Notes: generated by a model not told the origin, from the sequence alone. 64,000 nt of DNA from Octopus sinensis (GCF_006345805.1 NC_043010.1:7626001-7690000); one strand, 5' to 3'; shown: positions 13,850 to 25,058, numbered from the stretch's first letter. Program-made: numbers and translations.

Positions 13850-14029
13850 TGACAAGGTGTCAATTTATGTGTAACAAGCCTTTCCTATCCCTGACACATT
13901 TTGTTACTTCTTGTTACATCATCATCATCATCATCGGACGTTAAACGATGATGATGATAATGTAACAAGAAGTAACAAAATGTGTCAGGGATAGGAAAGG
14001 CGTCTTGCTCATAAATTGACACCCTGTCA
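13850..14029. repeat. Fold-back inverted repeat centred on GGACGTTAAAC(GAT)n
   Basis: 13878-13919 is the exact reverse complement of 13960-14001 (42 bp); the outer ~28 bp are imperfect; (CAT)n/(GAT)n inner arms. Confidence 0.93.
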
Positions 14030-14328
14030 GTTATGATGATGAGTGTTCCACTTGATCTCATCAGCCTGCTCATGAAATTAACATGCAAGTGACTGAGCAG
14101 TCCACAGATACATGTACACTTAATGTAGTTCTCAGGGAAACTCAGAATAAGACACTGAATATGACAAGGCTAGCCCTTCGAATTACAGGTACAATTCATT
14201 TTTGCCAGCTGAATGGACTGGAGCAATGTGAAAGTAAAGTGTCTTGCTCAAGAACGCAATGCACCACCAGGAATCAAATTCATGATCTTACGATCATAAG
14301 TCAAACACCCTACCATTAAGCTACACAT
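14019..14328 (-). mobile_element. Old tRNA-derived SINE with family-E centre and family-C 3' half
   Basis: Contains AAAGTGTCTTGCTCAAGAAC (as at 1908-1926) and TCCACAGATACATGTACACTTAATGTAGTTCTC (as at 21476-21510 and 52640-52675). Confidence 0.7.
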
Positions 14329-15033
14329 GTTTACAGGGAAGGTTTAAATTCAATACAAAAACACTGCAGCAAAAATAGACCTCATGATAATTTTCTGTAA
14401 AGTGTATAATGAATAAAAAGAAAAAAGTTTAAGAACCGCTGGTCTAAATCTTCGTCCGTTTTTATGATCAGAGCTATGATCAAAAGAATTCTAACCATGA
14501 CCATTCTATCTTTTTAGCGGGTATTTTGAAGAACTACTTCAAAATATTAATTTTCAGATTAAATTCAAAGTCTAACAGCATGCATATTGCATCGTGGGAG
14601 AAGGTTATGCAGGTAACATCATGGAATAAGGCACTGCATGTAAGATCATGGAATAGGGTCATATGTGTAAGATCATGGGGATAGCATCACATATTTAAGA
14701 TCTTTGAATAAGATCATACACATGAGATCATGTAAGTTCACACATGTAAGATTATGGAACTAGGTCATCATCATCATCATCATCATCATCAGCATCATCG
14801 TTTAACGCCCGTTTTCCATGTTAGCATAGGTTACTCTTAAAAATGTAGTACACAATAGTTTTTGAGAAAATAGCAAATGAATAATTTTTGCTAGGGCAGT
14901 TAATATTAGTTTACTCAAAATTAAGAAATCACTGCTTTTAACTCCATCATTTTCAATTATTCTTACCTTAGCATCTTACCTTAGCTCTACCTTAGCTCTA
15001 CCTTAGCTCTACATTAGCTCTACATTCTTACCT

Positions 15034-15280
15034 AGCTCTATCTGCGACGATTTCATCTCAATCGAAGGAGAGGAGCTTTCTCTGTCCGGGTTGCGGATCC
15101 GTGGAACAAGCTGCCAGACGAGATGGTAAAGATGCCGACGACCGCTTTGTTCAAAGCCTCCCTGGACCTCAAGTGGCCGGAACTCTTTACATGAACACCA
15201 CCCTGTACTTAACTCCATGTCCCCCTACATGGCCTTGCTATTTGCTTTTGAGCCAAATTAACTAACTAACTAACTAACTA
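15034..15280 (+). mobile_element. 5'-truncated CR1-clade LINE (ORF2 C-terminus + 3'UTR + (TAAC)n tail)
   Basis: + strand reads LYLRRFHLNRRRGAFSVRVADPWNKLPDEMVKMPTTALFKASLDLKWPELFT* (stop 15192-15194), matching the FSxRV..WNxLP....FK..LD signature of CR1 ORF2. TSD TAGCATCT at 14969-14976 and 15279-15286. Confidence 0.85.
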
Positions 15281-15538
15281 GCATCTATCTGTGTTTTCTG
15301 CCACTGAATGGCTGCTAAGTGAGTGTCTAAAAACTATCATAAGAATATCTATTTTAAGAAAATTAAAATCAATGGTTGGGGGTGTGAACCCACTAAAAAT
15401 AGACAGGACGGTCATGATAAAAATGTTTTAGATCATTAGTCAGATTTCTCCAGGGTGACCTAGGGCAAAACAGAAACAAAAACAACAGCAACAACATAAA
15501 TTCAATTAGTGAAATAATAATATCGAATTGTCACTCAC

Positions 15539-17959
15539 TTGTGATGTTTCTTCGGTGGTAGCCGGCCAAGGAATTCCTGTTTGCAAACTTTCTCTGTTAG
15601 GATTTATTTGTCTCCTTGCATTCACAAGTTGTTGCATTTTGCTTTCCTCACCAGAAAGTGTTGTCACTGGGACATCATATTGAAATGACATAGGCTCCCC
15701 TAAATCAGTTTGGTGGTTATCTTCTGAACTACGATAAGACATGTTTGTCCCACGTCTTAGTTTAGAATTTTTATTATTACTGCCTTTCACAATGCAAATT
15801 GTTATAGACACAACAAGTACAACAGATACTGCTACTGCTGCAACAATGATAATGATGAATAAATTAATATGTATTTTGTTGTCAGACTGTGTATCAATAG
15901 CAGTGAATAATTTAGCTGTTGTATTACTTACAGTTAGAGTTAAAGATAGTGTTGTTGTTGCTGATAAGCTTGGTGTGCCACTGTCTTTGACAGCCAAATG
16001 AAGCTCAAATGACCCAGCATCATTTTGATGAACTGGCCGAGAGAAAGACAATACTCCTGTGTAAGGATTAATGGCAAATAAATATTTAGCATTGCCTCCT
16101 CGAAGTTCATATTTAAGAAAAGCATTTTGTCGACTGTCTCGGTCTGCAGCTCTTAATGTTGTAATGTCACTTTTACTCTGCGGGTGGTAGTGAACATCAA
16201 GACTGAATGGGTTAACACTGGGGAAGATGAAATATGGTGCATTGTCATTTTCGTCCATAATTTCCACAATAACCTTTGCTGTATCATTAAGTGACGGTAC
16301 CCCATTGTCTTTGACTAAAACTTTGAACTCATAAATTTCTTGCTGTTCACGGTCCAACAGTTTTGTAGTAGAGATAAATCCAAAATTAGATATTTCAAAA
16401 GGAAGAAAATGTCTATTGCTTTTGAATATCGTGTAAGTAAGATGACCTCCAGGTCCCAAATCAGGATCAGTAGCATTAACAAAGCCAACAGGAAAATTTG
16501 GCCTTTCATTCTCATAAGTTAGAAATTTAAAAGTATCTTTTGTGAATTGTGGTTGTACATCATTGACATCTATCACTTGAATGGAGAACTTTCTTTCTGT
16601 TTTCAGCGGAGGAGATCCTTTGTCTTGACAAGTTATAGTAAAATTTATATATTTCTCAATCTCTCTGTCAACACGATTTTTTATAACCACTTTATATTTC
16701 TTTATTCCTCGACTCTGTAGTTGAAATTTATCACTGTCAAGATTACAGCTGATCTCTCCATTTTCTCCAATGTCATTATCAATAATTTTCAGATAAGCTA
16801 TAAAGTTGCCAACTTGTATATCTTCAGAAATCATGGCAGTGCTTCCTGATGACTCTGAGAAGAAATTCATATCAATAGTAGGTGCATTGTTCTGTTGATT
16901 GATAATATTTACAAGTATAACAACAATTGAACTCAAAGGTGGGCTACCTTCATCCCTGGCTTCAATAAATAACTTAAATCTTTTTCTCTTTTCCTGATTG
17001 TATTGTTCATTAAGAAAAATTTCTCCAGTAATTTCATTTAATCTGAAGTATGTTTTAACCAGTTCAGAAGTTTTAGAACTAAAATAATACTGAACCTTGC
17101 TGTTTTTACCAGAATCCATGTCTGTTGCAACAATCATTGCAATTGGTCTATCTAGTTGGTGTCGGTTGTTAATGGTAACATTATAGAGATTTTGAGAGAA
17201 TACTGGAGAATTATCATTTATATCTCCTACAGATATTTCAACTTGTAATGTGCCTTGGTTCTGTGGAAAACCTGCATCTTTAGCAATGACTTCTAACATA
17301 TAGGTCTCTTGTATCTCTCTGTCTAACTTATTTTCTAAAGTGATTCCAAGGGAATAAGAACCATCAACCCTTTTCGAAACAGCAAGTGAAAACGGATCAT
17401 CATGATTTTTTATTAATTCATAGTTGATCTGGGAGTTCAATAAGCCAACATCATTGTCAATAGCATTAGAAATTGATTTAGTCATTCCTTTTCGATCCCC
17501 TTCAGAGAATTGAAGCTGAATTAGTCTTTTAGGAAATTCAGGCCGATGGTCATTGATATCTTCTATAATTACCTTGATTTCTAATATTTTAATGAAAAAT
17601 TTTTCTCTTTGCACAGCAACATCAAGCATTCTAAAGCATTCTTTATTGTAGCTACAAAGTGTCTCTGCATCTAGAGTCTGTGTGGTGTATAGTTTTCCTC
17701 TTTTGGTGACATTGAATAACTGAGGAATGTCAGAATTATGTTTTATTTGACTGAAACTTATCCGATCTTTGACTGGAAATGTTTCTACAAAATGGGTATC
17801 GATGTCAATATCTCCAATATAAGTATTAGATCTTTTACCTTCTTCAACATGGTAAGTCACATCAACACAGAGACAAGATGTTATAAAGATCATGAGAAAA
17901 ATCAACGGCATCAACATATCGCTAGTGAAAAATGTTGCTAAGCAACAGTGGTTGATCAT
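15539..17959 (-). CDS. Protocadherin, large ectodomain/TM exon (807 codons; cephalopod-type expanded family)
   Basis: ORF 15506-18142. Signal peptide (MLMPLIFLMIFITSCLC), six cadherin repeats with LDRE/DxD/DxNDNxP motifs (DINDHRPEF, DINDNSPVF, NQQNNAPTI, DVNDVQPQF, DENDNAPYF), EC1 CX5C (LDAETLCSYNKECF), TM IIIIVAAVAVSVVLVVSITICIV. First ATG after the acceptor is at 17959; a phase-0 donor CAA|GTGAGT follows 15539 (read-through gives VSDNSILLFH* at 15506). Confidence 0.95.
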
Positions 17960-18030
17960 TTTTAAAGAGAGGGCCTCATGTGATGGTTCAGAAAATCTGC
18001 AACTGACAAAAAAGAAAATAAACAAATTGT
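17960..18030 (-). other. Splice acceptor and short 5'UTR part of the protocadherin exon
   Basis: TTTGTTTATTTTCTTTTTTGTCAGTTGCAG|ATTTTCTG; the exon starts at 17996. The first 61 aa of the listed 878-aa ORF are therefore probably intron/UTR. Confidence 0.75.
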
Positions 18031-19772
18031 GTTTATATTGAGAATATATACTTTCTTTCCAAAATACTTTTAAGGAGTGTTTTAAAAAAAGTGTGTTTAT
18101 ACCCCATGTCATGCAGCAGAAATAGTGATAAGAAGAATTCACGAGAATTCATTCCTTCAAGAAGACACATATACAAAATTGATATGTTCGAATGTAGTTA
18201 TTTAGCAAGAGAAAAGCTTTATAGATATATATGTATATTTTTAACTATATTTTCTGGACTTGAAGGTGATAAGAATGTACAAGTATACATAAAATATAAG
18301 TTTTATGCTTCTGCAAGAAGAAAACCCTGCTGGGATGCTGCAAATGAAAAGTAAGTGTCATTGCAAGTGAAATTTTTCTTAAGACATTTTCTTTTAGCAT
18401 TTCTAAATGGTGTAATAGCAAAATATCTGGCTGTGTCTTAACATCAAAAATCATCCTAATGTGTTATAAAATGTTACTATATCATGTGGAAAAGAAAAAT
18501 GATAAATAAATTTTTAAAAAACTGGTGAGAGCCAAGAAAACATTACATCTTAAGAACTGTTTCAGTAGCTGATTCACTTCTTTACATTAAATATAAAAAA
18601 TTTTTTAAACTGAACAAAGTATTCAAAGTATGAATACATGCTTCACTAAAGATGATATCAATGGCTACATATAATTAAGTTAGACAGATATCTGTAATGT
18701 AAGCTGGATAATATCTAGGACAGTTACCAACTTTCTAAATCATTGAAGTAATTCGAGAATTATTTGGAGATAGTTTTGCCGAAAAACTCATCAATTATTG
18801 AAAAAAAACTAAAGCCATATCAGATACTGTTCTATCCAGTCTTCCTAAACTCTGAACCATAAAAAAAAAGAGAAGCTAAAATAAGTAAAATATAACTATG
18901 ACAAATGATTATATATATTTATATAAACACAACATTTCTATAATTATTCATAGTATGGCTATACCAGATCAATGGTAACAATATTTATTGACAGTAGCCC
19001 AAGAAATGATTTTTGGCACATTAATCCTATCAGTAGTCATGTCAAATATATCTGACAGAACCACATCATACCTCCTCTACACTTGTCAGCCTCTTTCACA
19101 TAAAATCTCTAGGTTGCCTGCCCCTGCGAATGACAAGCAACCATTTTTGTCATCTCTTGACAAATTCAATTAACTTTCCTGATCACATTTCACTGCCTGT
19201 CTTGGAATAAAAACCTCTATAACTCCCAGAGCAGGAAGCAAGATGGCTTAACTTAGCATTGATCAAGTTAAATTGTGTAGGATAAGTGATAAATGGGAGT
19301 CGTTTCACCTGGGATTTTTGCATAATAAATCTTTTGTTGCCATGTAGAATCTTGAAATTAGATCAGAATAGCCAGTTGAGGCATTTCCTGCACACGGTTA
19401 ATAAATAAACTTGATCAGTTTACTTAACGCAAAGTCTAGCACAGCAAGAATATTGATGATAGTGTTGAAATGAATGAAGAAGATAAATTGAATTTATCCA
19501 GCAAGCAGTTTACCAAGCTATGCATAGTAAATAAGAGCAAGTATAGGATTTCATCTCCCTAGTGTTCATGATAAACACATTTTATAAGTATGAAAATTTT
19601 ATAAGTATGAAAAGATGAATCTATTTTATTATTTCTCAATTTACAATGAGAGTTATCAAAATACATGAGACCAAAATAATATCTGTATGCATGCAAACAG
19701 ATTCAGTGTATGTATGTATATGCATGTGTATGTATATATATATGTATATATATGTATATACATATTTATATA

Positions 19773-19828
<56 letters not shown>

Positions 19829-20294
19829 TATAGCTAGATAGATAGATAGACACCTACATATGACTATATATATATGTCTGTGTACATGTATACATCAAAC
19901 ACACATAAATACACATGCACACAAGCCTACAATATACACAGACACTGTAAGTTTAGTATAGTTTCTGATTCTATCCCTTCTCATTTTCTTGTTCCCTTTA
20001 CTTCTCTTTGATATAGGGTATAACCCGAAACGTTAGATCTTGGCTCTATTTTTTTCTGTTGGTGTCTTTACATTCATTGTCCACATTCTTTGATTGTTTT
20101 TGTTTTGTTTCATTTTCCATCCCTTCTTCCATCTTTTTTGCTCGTCTAACTTCATTCATTATTTACTTTTTTTGCCTTTTTCTTTACCCAAATCTTCTGC
20201 ACTTCACATATATGTTTTTCATCTACCCATTATGTGTTTGTGTGTGTGTATGTGTGTGTGTGTGCCTGTCTGTTCTGTATATATATATATGTGA

Positions 20295-20365
20295 GCATCG
20301 GTGGTTCAGTGGTAGAATGCTCGCCTGCCACGCGGGTGGCCCGGATTCGTTTCGTGGCCGATGCA
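20295..20365 (+). tRNA. tRNA-Gly(GCC), probable pseudogene
   Basis: GCATCGGTGGTTCAGTGGTAGAATGCTCGCCTGCCACGCGGG...GGCCGATGCA matches invertebrate tRNA-Gly-GCC in acceptor, D and anticodon arms. The T-arm/B-box is altered (CCGGATTCGTTTCGTGG vs CCGGGTTCGATTCCCGG). Confidence 0.85.
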
Positions 20366-20373
20366 CAGATATG

Positions 20374-20380
20374 TTTTTTT
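20374..20380 (+). terminator. Pol III oligo-T terminator
   Basis: T7 run 9 nt downstream of the tRNA 3' end. Confidence 0.6.
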
Positions 20381-21115
20381 CGCAAATAGATTATTTTGAT
20401 TAAAGGTGTTCTAGCTATAATAATAAACTATGTCTATCTCTTTCTTTTATAATGGCAGTGCTCCAGCATGGCCACAGCTCATGAGCTGAAACTAGATAAA
20501 ATTTAAAAAAAATATATATATATATTTATACACACATATATATCATCATCATCCTTATCATCATATATATATGTATATATGCATATAAATATTTATGTAA
20601 ATATGTACATAAATATACATGTCTCTGTGTTCACTTACACATACATAAATATATATGACTATATTGAGTCCATCATTATTATCATCATTTTTACTTTCCT
20701 TTCAAAGCTGGCATGAGTTAGAAGCAACATTACAATCTGTTCTAATTCTTATTTAGTTCTACTGCTTTCCTAGACAGGTCAGATGAACATGTCTGAAACA
20801 CAGGGTTTACTTTTGGTATGATTTCTATGGAAGGACACTCTTCTTAACACCACCTATATTAGAGAGGGTACTGGGTGCTGGTTACAATGGCTCACACAAT
20901 ATTCAGCTAGGGTCTTTGTCAACCCACTCAGTACCAACTATTTTAAGCAAAGTGCTGAATGTGCTCTACTGTGATGCCAACACTACAAAATTTGCACTGC
21001 ACTCCATAATATTAAATACAGAGCATAGGCTCGAAATGTTAAAGACTTTTTCACTTCCTGAGTGTTATACTAATACATCTGTTTGTTGTCTACACCACCT
21101 GTCTTTGTCTTTTGT

Positions 21116-21150
<35 letters not shown>

Positions 21151-21384
21151 TATATACATAGATATATATATATATATATATACACACATACAAGATATAT
21201 GCATATATATATAAATATATATTCACACACACACACACATACATCACACTAGCCATCTATTCAAGTTTACACTTAGGGATGTCAGAAATGATCAGCTGCC
21301 ACCTAATCAATTACAAATCAAATTCTAGGCAAAACAATTTCACCAAGCTGACAAGAAATAGAAGCATATATATATAAGATAAGT

Positions 21385-21763
21385 GGCACACCATCATTTA
21401 TGATGATGAAGGTTCCAGATGATCTGATCAATGGAACAGCCTGCTTGTGAAATTAACATGCAAGTGGCTGAGGACTCCACAGACATGTGTACCCTTCACA
21501 TAGTTCTTGGGGAGATTTAGCATGACACAGAGTGTGACAAGGCTGACCCTTTGAAATACAGGTACAACAGAAACAAGAAAGAAAGATTGAAAGAAAGTTG
21601 TAGCAAATAAGTACAGCAGGGTTCACCATCACACCCTGCTGGAGCTTCATGGAGCTTTAGGCGTTTTCGCTCAATAAACACTCACTACACCCGGTTTGGG
21701 AATCGAAACTGCAATCCTACGACCACAAGTTCACTGCCCTAACCAATGGGCCATTGCGCCTCC
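21385..21763 (-). mobile_element. tRNA-derived SINE family C
   Basis: Reverse complement of the 52386 copy; head GGAGGCGCAATGGCCC.TTGGTTAGGGCAG, B-box GTTTCGATTCC. Confidence 0.85.
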
Positions 21764-21894
21764 ACTATATATATCTATATATACATACACCTGCACACAC
21801 ACACACACATACATATATATACATATATGTATATATATATATATATATGAAAAAACAAGTCAAAAATAGAAAATGCTAAGATGATTTTATAGTG

Positions 21895-21946
21895 AATCTT
21901 TCAGTACCGGTTTCGGTCATTTTGAGACTTTTCAACTGTAACGATT
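21895..21946 (-). ncRNA. Second hammerhead copy, lacking G10.1
   Basis: Minus strand reads AATCGTTACAGTTGAAAAGTCTCAAAATGACCGAAACCGGTACTGAAAGATT, one G shorter at the base of stem II. Confidence 0.55.
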
Positions 21947-22074
21947 AAATAATTAAATTTAGAAAAATTTAGAAAAATTAGAAGAAAGGTTTTTTTAAAG
22001 GAATACTTCCATAGTAGTGTTCAGATATAAACCTTTCTTCTAATTTTTCTAAATTTTTCTAAATTTAATTATTT

Positions 22075-22127
22075 AATCGTTACAGTTGAAAAGGTCTCAA
22101 AATGACCGAAACCGGTACTGAAAGATT
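22075..22127 (+). ncRNA. Minimal type I hammerhead ribozyme candidate (U3-A8 variant)
   Basis: Stem I AATCGTTACAG / CTGAAAGATT; core TTGAAAA; stem II GGTC-TCAAAAT-GACC; GAAA; palindromic stem III ACCGGT; GUA cleavage triplet (22115-22117). Confidence 0.7.
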
Positions 22128-22206
22128 CACTATAAAATTATCTTAGCATTTTCTATTTTTGACTTGTTTTTTCATATATATCAACTCGTGTGTTCCTTTC
22201 CACCCT

Positions 22207-22237
<31 letters not shown>

Positions 22238-22891
22238 ATATGTATGTATATGTGTGTATGCATATACACACATACATACATATATAACTACCTATCTACA
22301 TACATATATAAACATAGAAGTTTTATGCTCAATAAACAAAGAAAAATATGCAGATTTTATTTGGAAATATATACTTTCTCTTGTAGTGTTAGTATTATAT
22401 CAATTGATTTAATTGAGCCAATTAACTTGAACCAAGTAAACTGCATTCTTCTATTGTTGAATGCATTATTTCCATACAATGCATGTTACTATTATATATA
22501 CACTTGATTCTAAAAGTGAGTGAAAAAGTCACAGGGAAAAAGTCATCGAAAAAAAAATAACAGTACACAGAAGAAAGGTCACAAAAAATAAGTAAAATGG
22601 TGGGGGTGGGGTTAAAAGAGTCGCAGAAGTCACAGGTAAAAGTTAGAGACTTTTGATTGAGACAATGCTAGTTTTTGTACCATTTCTGTATTTCCTTGCT
22701 TCCTTCACATACATGTCTGAGTATTTCATGATTTTATTGTCATTGTGTACAATTTGCATCATAATAGTTAATAAGTGGCTTAATATAGTATGTTGAACTT
22801 AATCACTTTCATTATATATATATATCTTTTTACACTTGTTTCAGTTATTACACTCTGGACATGCTGGGGCACCATATATATATATATACAT

Positions 22892-22933
<42 letters not shown>

Positions 22934-23717
22934 TATATATACGCACACACACACATATATATGTATATATATACATATACATACATACATACATATATAT
23001 ATATACATGCACACACACACACATATATATATATCATCATCATTATTGGACGTTAAACGATGATGATGATTATATATATATATATATATATGCATGTATA
23101 TGTATATATATATGTATGTATATGTATATGTATATATGTATGTATATTTAAATGAAATGTGATATATTTTACCAAATTTTTCCTTTGACAAAAATTGTGA
23201 CCTTTTTTTTTACTTTATCAAAATGTGGACTTTTCTCCTAATTATACTTAATTCTAACTTTTTCTTTAATAAAAAAAATGTAAATTTTTATCTATGACCT
23301 TGTATGTATTCAAGTAACATTAATGTATAGTTATAGTATACTGTTTAAGATGATAAGCTTATAATAATACAGAATATATTGTAGTATAGTATAACGTAGA
23401 TACTAACATTAGGGGTGTTGAGTTCAAAACGAACTTGAACTTAAAATCTAAGTCCCCAAATTAGTTACCATAAGTTATATAAACCATTTTGACTAGTTGA
23501 AAACAATGTGAATCATCTATATTCTATACATTGTAATAATTATGCATCTTGATTAAATGCAAAACTTATTTTGTGAAACTGAATACAACCAAATAATCAA
23601 TGTTCTGCATTTCCCAGGTATGTTCTAAATTTTATTGATTCTGCTAAGATGAAATTAAAATTGTTGCTAATATGAACTAAAGTGAAGATGTCAGGATGGT
23701 TTGGCAAAGTAAGGATA

Positions 23718-23925
23718 TGAGGGCTGCTGTAAAGTTCCTGGCTTTCGGTAAAAGAAAAGTACAAGAGGATCAGTTAATTATGGTTCTATTCAACTTATTC
23801 CCCTCTGTACTTATTCCAGTGGTCCTCCAGTTTTTCTAAGCCCTGTAAAAGAATTTGGAAAGTTGGGCCCCCAGCCAGGCCCTTTGTGATACCCATAAAG
23901 CCAGGAACTTTTCAGCACCCCCTCA
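23718..23925. mobile_element. mariner-derived MITE (208 bp)
   Basis: TA on both flanks; ~28-bp TIRs TGAGGGCTGCTGTAAAGTTCCTGGCTTT / AAAGCCAGGAACTTTTCAGCACCCCCTCA. Confidence 0.85.
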
Positions 23926-25020
23926 TAAATAAATAAATAAATAAATATGTAAATAAACATTGTACTTTAAGTAATGCAAATTGACTCTTCGCTATACTCT
24001 TATCACTGTGATCTTTAATTGCAATTTCTTGTGTATAGATACAGGATACTTTTTGTAAGGGGAGAAGGGACAGTAAGTTTCAATATGTTGCCAGTATTTT
24101 TTGCTTTCCTTGTCACTGGCAGGGAAAAATGAAAATGAAAACTTTACCCTAGCGTCAATCGAACTCACAACACTGAGGTAACCAACTTCGAAATAAAATA
24201 TCATGTAGTCTATCTAACTGCTAAGTGTATGCTATACAGAACACTTTTAACACTGCATATCGTAAAATAAACACCATAGATCAGACATCAACAACAACAA
24301 AAATGTTAACAACAAAAACAATTCCAACTTAGATTAACAACATAAACATCTGTTGTTGTTGTTGTTATATTTATTACTTATTATTTTGGCTTTTTTTCTC
24401 CTTGCATAGGAACAAGATACAAGATTTATCAAAGAGGCATGATGAGATTGTGTAACATTCATGCTCTTTACAAGGACTTTGTTACTAGAAGATAGTTTAA
24501 CCTACAGTCACACTTAAAAATACTAAAGTTATTGTGGAAAACAAAACGACAGTTAGATATTAGAATATCGATACAGACTATAGTATAGAAATAAATAAAT
24601 AAATGATGGTTCGAAAAATAAAATAATAATTTTTTTTATTTCCTTAAACTGAAAAATTACTGACTAGACATTCTTATTTAAGTAAAATACATTTTAACTA
24701 TTAGATATCTAAACAACTTTAGATAGTGATCACAACCATATATTTCAACTTTTCCATCAAGAATATAACATACAGATATAATATACAGTATGTGTAATAT
24801 AAAATATAGATATAAAAACTTGTATTACAAAAATATAGTAAACGACGTAAGTAGTTGTGTTTCTTTTGATAAATCATATCAAAGTATAGAAGGTTTTTTC
24901 ACTTAGTTTAAAAAACATTACAAGATAAAATATAATCTATTTATCTGTTTATATATTCATTCATCTCCTCACTTTTTTATATATTTGTGACTTGTGATAA
25001 TTAATACCCTCACCTACACC

Positions 25021-25058
<38 letters not shown>

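Larger units (their letters stand above)
21841..22181. repeat. ~152-bp near-perfect inverted repeat (36-nt spacer), probable Penelope-like element terminal fragment pair
   Basis: 21841-21992 vs 22029-22181 differ by one substitution and one 1-nt indel; each arm carries a hammerhead-like motif. Confidence 0.9.

Noticed and set aside
15009-15218. 69-aa minus-strand ORF next to the protocadherin
   Set aside because: Antisense of the CR1 fragment; no independent coding evidence.
17960-18142. N-terminal 61 aa of the 878-aa ORF
   Set aside because: Spans a polypyrimidine tract and acceptor; lies upstream of the signal peptide.
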